A stretch of 64,000 bases of DNA from Camelus dromedarius. Its lineage: Eukaryota. Positions 53,801 to 64,000 of this stretch are shown one piece after another. The notes beneath the pieces were generated by a model. It was not told where the DNA came from. It searched no databases and worked only from the letters and a program-made list of their open reading frames with translations. The DNA lies in assembly GCF_036321535.1 (NCBI RefSeq), contig NC_087436.1:47866001-47930000 (forward strand). Direction: 5' to 3'. The position numbers and the translations under genes were made by a program. Position 1 is the stretch's first letter. Every line of letters begins with the position of its first letter.

Positions 53801-56179
53801 GGCAGGCAGTCAGGCAGGAAGGAAAAGCGACCATAAACACTGCAAGCAAGCTCAACATTTGGTGTCTGTGGTCCCAGGATGCATTGCTTCACACTCAGAG
53901 TTGATTACCGTTTTAATGTAGAAGAGTTATGCCTTGATGAGTTAAGTGGGGAGAACGCTCAAGGTTTTTTTTTTTTTTCTTTCTTTCTTTTTTTACTGAA
54001 AGCGAATGAGATTATTTCCCTATATTGGAATTTTGTTCTAGGAGTTTAACAACTTTATAGAGCTGTGCCTGTGAACTCTAGAAACATTATTGAGGTCCTT
54101 GTTTTCTCACCTCTGAAGAAGAAATGAAAAGTGCCATAATCCTCAAGGGGATTAGATTATAAATATCCATTAAAAGAAAAATAAACATTTTAAATATCTG
54201 ATAATTACGAATGGTACTAAAAGGTAACATTGCTAAATAGGGACCTGAAGACAGATTGTGGGAAATTCAGCCCCTCAAATTGCAAAGAAGTGAGTGTAGT
54301 GTTAGTTTCTATTTTTCTAGATGTCAGTTTTAGTTGGTGGAAGGAAGCCAGTTAACACTAATTCTGTAGATTCTGGGTTGTCCACCATGTTTTCTCTGAC
54401 CAGATATTCATTAAAGATCAGGAAGACAAGGAATGGGCCAAAAGTATCTTTATGTCTTAGAGGGACGAGGGGAGAGAGTTGGTCTGATTGTTGCAAACCC
54501 AGTGACAGGAGCACAGAGCATTTTTGGAATTTGCACATGCTTAACACCTGGAATTTTCTGAGAGTTATGGTCATACTTCATCAGTCAACAGAATGAAATG
54601 CCGATCTGAAAGCGAACTTCTGAGGCAATTCTGGAGCTAGCAGTATGCCCTGCTTGTCATCTCCCCAACATAAGCCTTTAATCCCCTCTTCCTAAAATTG
54701 TTTATTTTAAAATGTGAGAAAGGCTAAGGATGTCCCAGCCGAGTGGTGAGCTTTCTCTTTAAAGAGTCCCATCCTTCAAACCCATCTTCAGCAAAGAAAC
54801 TGGCATCTCATGTGCTGAGCAGATGGTGTCCTGCTGCGGTGGCCAGCCCCCATGTGCAGCTGGGCCTCTCTGGCACACAGGTGTCCTGATTTGGACCTTC
54901 TCGAAATTCTGACACCACATTTTCCTCCGTTGGGAAGTATGACTTGGCTGAGCTGTTTTCCAGTGACAACAGATACTCTGGCCTAACAATAACAGCCCCG
55001 ACTAAGGTGATAGCATAACCTTCTAATTCATATTTAGCTGGGACTCAGGGTACAGGGTTTGTTCTAGGAGTCTGGGCCAACTTTTTGGTTTTGATTTCCT
55101 CTTTTATATTGTGTTTTGTCATTCCTATTGCCTCCCTTCACCTCTTAGAATTTTAGGTGTATCTCAAAAGGGTGGGAAAGTTCCTCAGAGAAGGAAAATA
55201 CTGCCATAATAAACAAACAAACAAAGCTAGAAATTGCACCTAAAATGGGTAGTTTTCTATAATTGGGCAAATATTGAGCAATCACATTCCAATGTTAAGT
55301 AGTCTTCAAGGGTTTAAAAATAAGCAAAACTAGACAGATTCATGAAACTTCGCATAGCATTTGACAAAACTACTGTGAAAGTAAAAGGAGATTTTTAAGA
55401 TGTAGGCAACAAGGAAGAAATTAATTGCTGTTCCTTCTGCATAATCTTTTACATAATCATTTCAGTCTCACCAAAAATATTTCTCAGTGCAGAACCCAGA
55501 TGTTTTGAAGCTTTTTTTTTTTAAGAAAGCAGTATTTAAGAACTTTGCCATTCCTTTCCATCTTAGTAACAGCTGCCTCTAACAACTGCTTATAATGAAC
55601 ATGTCTAAGTAGGAAAAACAGAAGTGGAAATAATGAGAGAAGTAGATGGTATGACAATTTAGAGCTGTAGATTGTGTTACTGCCCTGCCTCTGATTCTCT
55701 CTCACAAAACATAAATTTTGAAAATAATGTTTATTTATTAAAAACTATTCATCTTCACTCAAGTATGCCTTACAAACTAAATTGGCTATGCCTTTAGATA
55801 AACAGACATAATTACTCAGCTCCAGAACGAACTAAAAGTTTATTATCCCAGAAGTGATTTTTATCCCACTGTCCTAAGATAATTCAACTGTTGTCATGGG
55901 TCTGTAAGGCATAATATAATATGGAAGAGATATTCTGGTTTTCAAAAAGTGAAGATTTCTTCTACAGAATTATGAGTTTGATATTGATTGTGGACTACAT
56001 TACAAAGCAGATTATAAAATTAAGTACTTAGGAAAATAGATATACCCAAGAAACAACACAGGTTTACTTAGAATAAATCGTGACAAATGAATTTTATCTT
56101 TTCTTGAACGTGGGAACTGGTCTGTTACCAGTATGATGCTTAGTCCTTGCCATTTATAACCATTTCCTTTGCGATTTAA

Positions 56180-56500
56180 TGATCTATTGGCTTTAAATAC
56201 CACTATATACTATTGACTCCCATGTTTATATCTCTCAGCAAGACCTCTTTCTTGAAACTTCAGAATAATAAGAATAGTAAATGTCAACCTAACATTTCCG
56301 CTAGTAGATAGTTCATACCGGTCATATCAAAACCATCTTCCCTTTTCCAAACCTGCTGCAGGCTTGGACCTCCTCATCTCATTGATGGTAAATCTGCTTT
56401 TCTAATTGCTCAAACAAAAAGCCTTGGATTTCTCTCTTTCCCTTACACTCCCATTCAGCCCATCAGAACAGCCTCTTAGCTCCATCTTCAAAGCATAGCT
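56180..56500 (+). mobile_element. L2 fragment
   Basis: GGCTTTAAATACCAC...TGACTCCCATGTTTATATCTCTCAGC...AAACCTGCT. Confidence 0.6.
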
Positions 56501-57369
56501 GTAGATCAAAATAGACACCTCTTCAGAGGTATGAGTTAGCTGTAGTTCACAGAAAAATGACTTAAGAATTTAAGTTAGGCTGGACAAGATACACACAGGG
56601 CAGAGTAGACTTCCCTCAGAAAACACCTTCACAAATTGTGAGAAACATACTTATTTTATAGTCTAGGTGGTGTTTTATCTGTATACATTCAGAGCATTAA
56701 AAAAAGTTGGTATCCTAAAAATCAAGTCAGTCATCAAGTCTGCCATTGGCAGAGCAGGAAAAATTACTCAAGTAGCATTTATTAACCTACCCCATCCAAA
56801 TGAAAAACATTTTGAAAAACATTCTAAAAGTTGTTTGTTAGATTGGATTCCTCAATCATTTTTTTAGTGACTAGACAACACCAAAATCATGTATTAGCTG
56901 TGTTTTCTTGATACCTTCCTCATTTTTTTTATTTGCTTTTTTGGTTATTCTTCTTTTTTAACTAAAAAAAAATTTTTTTTTTGTTTTTCTCTATGTTATG
57001 GTACACATACAGCTAGCAGTGGATTCTAAGCAGACAAGGAGAATGATTTCTTAGATTGGCTAATATGTTCTCTAATAGTCATATTGGGATATGACTTAGT
57101 TACCTAAACTCAGACTTCCAAATTCACACAGAAGGTATCATGATATTGTTACTATACCATTTATTATAGTCTCAATTTTTATCATAAGTGTTTCTCTCTT
57201 TTAGTATTCACTCATATTACCAATATGATTTATTCGTCATACTGGTACATGGACATTTGAGGGAAAATTGTATTTCATCTTAGCCACTAAGAATATCTTA
57301 TTTTGCAAAACTTTAGGTTATTCTGTAACCCTATTTATAAGAACTAGTATTTGTGTCTCAAGAGAGATG

Positions 57370-58660
57370 AAAAATACAAAGCTATATTGATTAATGCTGT
57401 GATATTGACAAATTAACTAATGAAACAGTCTAGAGAATTAAGAAAAAGATTGAAATGTAGATCATTAAGAGAAGGATGGGCTATTGAAAAATTGATGCTG
57501 GAAAAATTGAGTATCCTTATGGAAAAAACGGATATTGTAACACAACCTTACTGCATACAAAAATCAATTCTAAATGGATTAGTGTTTTTATGCAAAAATA
57601 AAAAATGCAAAACAGTTAGAAGAATATATGATAAATATTTTTCAAATATTGGGAAAGAAAAGATTTTTCAAGCAAGGTACCAACTGGAAAATAAATAATA
57701 AATTTGACTACATTAAAAGTAAGGATACTGGCCTACCCTATGACACCATAAAGAAAGCAGAAAACAGATCACTAACTGGGAGATGTATGTATTATATATA
57801 GCCAACCCAAATCTTGTATGGCTATGGACTAGTGTCCAGAATATTCAACACATTCCTGTGAATCAACAAGAAATTAAAACTGAAGTAGACAACCTATAAA
57901 AATAGGAAAAATACATGAACAGGCATTTGACAGAAGAGTGATAAAATGGCCAAGAAAAATCTGAATAGTGCCTCAGTCTTATTAGTGATAAAGAGAAAGC
58001 AAATTAAGACATCAACTTTCCATTTTATATACACTGTATGATCAAAAATTAAGAGCTTGATAATACCAAGTGTATAAGAGAATACGAGAGAATATGTGGA
58101 ATTTTAATACATTGCTCATGGGAGTGTAATCACTACAACCACTTGACAATACCTTGTGATTCTGAACATTCCTGTATTCTATGACCTAGCAATTCTACTC
58201 CTTGGACTATAACGCAGAGAAATGTTTGTTTACATGCACCAGAAGGTATGTTTAAAAAGGGCCAGAGCAGCATGGCAGCATATAGTATAAACAAACAGGA
58301 AACAACCCTAGTTCATCAACAAATGAATGTATATAGAAACCATGGTAGATTAGTACTATGGAGCGTAATGGAGCAGTGACAATAAATAAATGAACTATAG
58401 CTAGAAGTGAGCACAAATGAAGCTTTGAAATATAATGGTTAGTGCCAGAAAGAAAATATAAATAATATGGAGGCCAGTGTTAATTTTGGAGGGAGTCAAA
58501 GGGTTGGGATACAGAAGGCAGACTAAATAGAGGCAGGTTATTGATATTCTAGTTCATGGGTTGGATGGCAGTTTCACAGTTGTACTTGACAAAAATATTT
58601 AAATACATTTTACATGTTTCAAATATATTTTAAGATACTTAAAAATAAAAAAATATTAAA
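57370..58660 (+). mobile_element. Ancient L1 (L1M) ORF2 3' part and 3' UTR
   Basis: ATACAAAAATCAATTCTAAATGGATT, ACATGAACAGGCATTTGACAGAAGAG, TATGACCTAGCAATTCTACTCC; A-rich tail ~58640-58660. Confidence 0.85.
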
Positions 58661-59541
58661 AGGTAATACATAAGAAAGAGCTGAGAATCTTTGTCTAACT
58701 TGGGGATCAACTCAGGTGTGATATCTGCAGAATGGAGTTGAGAGAGAGGTAAGTATCTCTGAGCACATTTTCTGTGTTATCGTTTTAAAAGTAATTTTTA
58801 GAGATCATATGTTGACAGTATGATAAATAGTATTAGGGAAAGTTGAGTGAAAGTAGGACGCAGACCTTAGAGAATGTAGATAAAGCTTTATGAGTTTCTT
58901 CCCCAGCCACTGATGAACTTCTTTCCCACTCTCACACATTCCTACCTAATCTAGAAACATTTTTTTTTCTTTTAGAAAAGCGTTCATGGCTTCAATAAGC
59001 AACGCTTTCTGCAAAACGTGTCTCTATCTTATTATTGTAACATCCTAGGAGATTGGACGGGATGAAATTGCTTATAATGAATGAAGAGAATAATAATTTT
59101 AAAATCTCAATACTGAAGCTGACATAAATACAGGATTAATTTATGTGAATCACATTTGCAAAAAATTGTTGCTGAATTGTTCTACTGGGAACTTTATTAA
59201 GTCTATTTGCTTCTTGAACTCCTTTCTTGTAAAGTAGGTGATAATTCTTAAACTGTAGTAAAACAGGTTGAAGTATCTTTAAAATCTGTGTTTAAACTTT
59301 CCCTTCAGCAATATTATTTACATGGGATATGAGATATTTCAGCAGTTCAGCTTTAGATGCATTTTGCTTGTTACATTTGGAGAGTGTGGTTAAAATGATT
59401 TTTATTATTTAAATGGTAAGTTATAGTTAATGGTTAGCAACTTCCTGTTCTAAAGATGATAGGGGTGGGTGCTGTAACTCTTTAAGAGCAAAAGAGGAAT
59501 TTACTTTTTCTAATTTATTAGCATGGAAAATTGCCTTATGC

Positions 59542-60790
59542 CAGTGGTTCCTAAAGTTTGGTCTATGGACTCTTGGGTATGTTCAGTACCCTTGTAAGAA
59601 ATCTAAACAAAACTCTTCATAATAACACTAAGATGTTATTTGCCTTTTTTTTCACTATGTTGACATGTTATCGATGGTGCAAAACCAATGATAAGTAAAA
59701 TTGCTGGTGCCTTAGCATGAATCAAGGTAGTGATACCAAACTGCTAGTAGCCATTATATTCTTCACCGACACACTCATAATAAAATTATACATACACGCA
59801 TACCTATCTATGTATGCCACTTTTCCCTTAGAATGTCCTTGATGGAGCAGTAAAAGTTAATTAATTTATTACATCTCGACCTTTGAGTACTTCTAAATAT
59901 TCTGCATGGTGAAACGAAGTATTCATAAAGCAATTTTGCTGCATCTCATAATATGACTGCAACACTTACGGCAATATATGTTGAACTAGCTTTTTTTCAG
60001 GAACAGCATTTTTTTCTAACCTCAAAGAATGATTGAAAAACAAGCTGTAGTTATTCAGACTTAGCAAGTATTTAGCAAGTATTTTCTCAGTCAGAAATAA
60101 ACACAGTGAGCCTGTTAGTTCAAGGGAAACAGTTCGTGGTATTTGTTGCCATAATATTTGAGTTTTCAAGGTCCGCATGACTCTACAAACCAACTGAGTA
60201 ATGAGTGAGGCTGCAAAATCACAGTGCAAAGTTGACCAAAGGATTTTAATGGGATAAAGTATAAAAAGTTCGTTGATACGGTTTCAGATTCCATATTGCA
60301 ACTAACCTCTAAAAAACTATGATCTGTCAAGTTTTGGTGTAGTAGTCAAAGAAGAATGTTCACAATTATATGAAAAAGCTGTTCAAATACTCCTCCCTTT
60401 CACACTGCATATCTGTGTAAAGCTAGATTTTCTTTATCTATTTCAGTCAAAACAACATATCACAAGAGATTAAGTGCAAAAGCAGATAAGAGAATCCAGC
60501 TGTCTTCTAAGTCAGACATTAAAGATATTTTCAAAAATGTAAAACAATTCTATGCTTCTCACTACATTTTCTTCTGTTTTTAAAAATATAGTTATTTTTC
60601 ATAAGCACATAATGGGGTTAGGTTGTTACTTTTTAAAGAACTAATAAATATTATATTTTAAATTTTTTAAACTGCTAATATGGTCATTATGGATAGATAC
60701 CACAAACACAAAAGCTTTGGGGGGGGCCTCAGTAGTTTTTAAGACTCTAATAGGGTTGGGCCTTAGACTCGAAAGTTTGAGGAAAAACTT
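59542..60790. mobile_element. Charlie1a-like hAT DNA transposon relic
   Basis: Left terminus CAGTGGTTCCTAAAGT, degenerate right terminus AAAGTTTGAGGAAAAACT; internal AAGCAGATAAGAGAATCCAGCTGTCTTCTA...GACATTAAAGA typical of Charlie1. Confidence 0.8.
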
Positions 60791-61146
60791 TCTCATGCAA
60801 ATTCTTGGTCTTTCTCTTCTGGTGGTTAGGAACAAAGTGAAAAGAAAACTTTCAGGAAGTTTAGAACTTAACAGGGGAACTAGAAAGGCAAGTTGATCCA
60901 TTCTCTTTAGTTTAACGTTCTACGTTCTGAGACTTAACACCTGTTACTAAAGTTGAGCCCCACATTTATTCTCTTAACCAATATTTATTGAGAACCTTTT
61001 ATGTGACAGGTATTGTCCTAGAACTGGGAATATAGAAAAAAGACAAAGGCCCCTGCCTTCTCTTAGGAAGGATATTTAAAATAGACATGGGGTTTAGCTT
61101 AAATTGATAACAGTGAAAGATTGTGTGAAAGTACTGATGTGTATTT

Positions 61147-61528
61147 TGTCAACCAAAAAATAAGACCGTGGCTGTGAGGCAATGACAGCCCTTATTTCAG
61201 TCTTAGGACCTGCAGTTCTGGAGACACAGAATCAGGTAGAAACCCAAATGTACTCTGAGGAGACTGAAGACCGAAGGGTTTTTAAAAGGAAAAGGAGGAA
61301 TCTCACATGAGTTGTATTGCAAGAATTATGACTGGTGCGGGCAGACGGGAACCACTTTGGTCTATACTTGATTGGTGGCTAAGGGTGCTATTATTCAAGA
61401 GTCCGCCGTGTAAGTGCGCTTTCAGGGTACCGTGGCTCAGCTCAAAGTTCACGTTCCATCTGGGTGGAGACATGCGTAGGTTCGCTCCCCCAGTGGCCTC
61501 CTGGCTCCATTTTATTCATCCCTTTACA
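61147..61528 (-). mobile_element. Solo ERV LTR (ERV1-like, 382 bp)
   Basis: TG...CA termini, flanks ATTT / ATTA (4-bp TSD with one mismatch), CpG-richer than flanks, CCAAT on minus strand. Confidence 0.7.
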
Positions 61529-63339
61529 ATTAGTAAAGGATTTCCATTTAAAAAATAAGAATAGAATTATTATCTATTTTTATTGCCTAATGACTTTCAT
61601 GTTTAGGTGTCTTAATACAGGGTTAACTTATACTTTGAAAGAGAATCATTGGATAGTTTATAGTTTTTAGTTGATGGGGCTTTGATTGAGACTCTTGGCT
61701 ATAATCTAACCCACGGCACCCACAGGAGTATAGATGTCATATCATTACTGGTTTCCTACCTTGTGGGAAAGCAGCCTACTTACAGGTAAATCAGGTCATT
61801 TAAATGGAAAGAATAAAACCTACAGGGCTTTTTTGTTTAGTTTTTTGTTGTCCTTGTTTTTTCAGTGTTAAAAAATAGCTCATTTAAGGCCATTAAGTGA
61901 TGGTAGGCTTCACAGATGGCAAAATGCTTTGGGATCCTTGGAGAAAAATAAATCCTTTTGAAGTACAAACTTGAAGAATTGAGGAACAGTCACCTGGGGC
62001 CAAAATCGTATTCCCTGTAATTCGAGAAGAATTCCCACAGAATTACAGAGATTTAGAAACTGGTTAGCAAGTACTCATTTAAAGAAAAATCTCCATTAGC
62101 CAAGGAGCCTAAAACTGTTTTTTGCATAACAAAATGCCTTAGTCCACTTTGATACTGATTCAAGAACGTCCCTTCCAATGCTGTCAAAGTGAGGGCTTGC
62201 ATATTTTATTTAAGTGACTTACTTGAAAAATATTGCTGTCCCTTTGCCCTCCCCCAGCTGCAAGTTCCCTTGTTGAAGCATGATTTCATAAATTTATTCC
62301 GAAATAAAATGTCTTTTTTCCTTTGCTCTGCCCCTTCCAGCTGCAAACTCCTACCCTGCTGTGTGCAATAATTAATACATATGTTTAAAATACGAACTCA
62401 TCTTTTCCCCTCTACCCTCCCAGATGCAGATTTCTAGCCCTTTCATGGTTTTTTCAGCTTTTTGTTTGTAGTAACATTTCATAAATACAGAACAAGTTCG
62501 GATTCTCTGGTACCTCTTTCCAAACCCACAATGTTGTCCTGATTCTCAGTGGTTCTGATTCTTGCCCAGTGGAGATTAGCCCAGGCCCTTCCTCAGTTGC
62601 ATCATTACTTTTTAATTCCACTATTTTTATTTAATTTTGAATTCTTCAGTCCTGAACACATGACTAAATGAGCATTAGCCAAGAAAGGGCATGTTATGAT
62701 TTTTTAGCATTGAAACTAAGGAATTTTTTTTTCTATGCTCGAAGATGATACACATCCTACCTCTTGAACCAATCCTTTAATAGATAATCTATAATTCCTT
62801 TATATTAAAAACATGAAGTATATGAAAGCATTTCAGTCATTGAGAACATATGCTTGGTTCTACTTTGATAATCCTTGAGGTTCATGTTTGTTTCCATATA
62901 TTTCTCAGATTGCAAACAGAAAATTCTGTTATTTGGCACTTTATGAAAAGACATTACAAATAATCAAATATTCCTGATCATAGAGTAATGAATTGATATT
63001 TTTGTTATACAATCCAGTTTTGATTAGATTTATTCATCATCTTTCTAAAACTCTTGACAATTTCAAGAGTTTTCATTTTCAGCTTAGTAAAATATCAAGT
63101 CTAGGAAACCCTTCTATGTTGTTACTACTATTAACGTAATTTTATTTGACCTAACTTTCTTAGACTATTAAACCCTAAAACTGGGAAACAAGTATAAGTC
63201 TAATTTGACACTAAATAAACAACCTGAAGTGAAGAGAATGTTCAATTTGCGTGTGTGTGCGTGTGTGTGTCTAAGATATTGTTGTGTGCTTGAGACATTA
63301 AGGGAACTTTGGCCTCTCTCTTTGCTCTTCCACGTTGTG

Positions 63340-63755
63340 GCTGGAGTGATCTTTCACAATTGCAGACCTGATGGTGTTCCTCCTGGTTAAGAGAAATCTA
63401 ACTGTCTTAACAAGACTTACATGTCCATAACTTACAAGAGTGCTTGTCTTTGCCTAACACAGGATGCTGCTTCTTTTTCTCATGACACATTTTACTTGGT
63501 TAACTCTTGCTCATTCTACAGTCTTTCCAGAACTTCTCAAGACAAAATAAGATTCCTAGGCATTCCAACAGCACCCTGTACTTACTCTCATTGTATTTGT
63601 TGCTATTCTGAATAGTTTTGGTCAGTATTATCCCTCAGTCCTCATTTCCACCCAAATGGAAGATCATGTTTTTCACCATTGTATACCCAGCATCTAGCAC
63701 AATGACAGACACAGAATAGATGTTCAGTAAATAAATATTACTTGAATGGATGAAT
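63340..63755 (+). mobile_element. L2 3' fragment
   Basis: TTCACCATTGTATACCCAGCATCTAGCACAATG...TCAGTAAATAAATATTACTTGAATGGATGAAT. Confidence 0.7.
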
Positions 63756-64000
63756 AGCTTTTGAATTATACATCTTTTAAAGTTCTTCTCAAACCTGAAA
63801 TGTGATTCTCTGTTGCTTTTTATATGGTCCACTTAGTTTTTAAAGGTAGTGATTAGAGAATACCTGTTTTCTTTTATCCTGTTTTATCAGGGGCTGAAAA
63901 ATAAATGGGGACATTACTGGTAGAGAGCATTGGAATTAAATCAAACAAGGTGCAGCCAGGAAAGAAGTATGGGTCAGGAGGTGAGATGGAGGTCTAGTTA

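Larger units (their letters stand above)
39123..64000 (+). other. DKK2: DKK2 intron 1 (5' part, continues past the window)
   Basis: Starts with GTAGGA; no exon encoding the first Cys-rich domain found in the remaining 25 kb. Confidence 0.88.

Noticed and set aside
57420..57698. 92-aa ORF
   Set aside because: Lies inside a degenerate L1 ORF2 remnant.
1..64000. CRISPR arrays, operons, rRNA or other prokaryotic systems
   Set aside because: Sequence is mammalian; no repeat-spacer array or dense coding region is present.

Overview
Mammalian genomic DNA (AT-rich, repeat-laden, no prokaryotic features). A tRNA-derived SINE and the L1 3' UTR type suggest an artiodactyl, most likely a camelid (inference from recalled consensus sequences). 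The only protein-coding sequence I can support is exon 1 of DKK2 (Dickkopf-2, a secreted Wnt/LRP5-6 modulator) on the + strand: ATG at 38901, 74 codons, GT donor after 39122. It lies in a CpG-rich block with a TATA/GC-box promoter and a ~720-nt 5' UTR. Bases ~1-37000 are upstream intergenic DNA and 39123-64000 is the start of intron 1; no exon 2 (AYPCSSDKEC...) is visible. The rest is interspersed repeats (L1, L2, MIR, MaLR/ERV LTRs, Tigger and hAT DNA transposons) and microsatellites. The most interesting unexplained signal is a set of minus-strand splice sites upstream of the promoter (90-nt exon at 35557-35646 joining in frame to the window's longest ORF at 34716-35323), suggesting a spliced transcript divergent from DKK2. 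Repeat names and boundaries were assigned by eye and are approximate unless target-site duplications (TSDs) are quoted.
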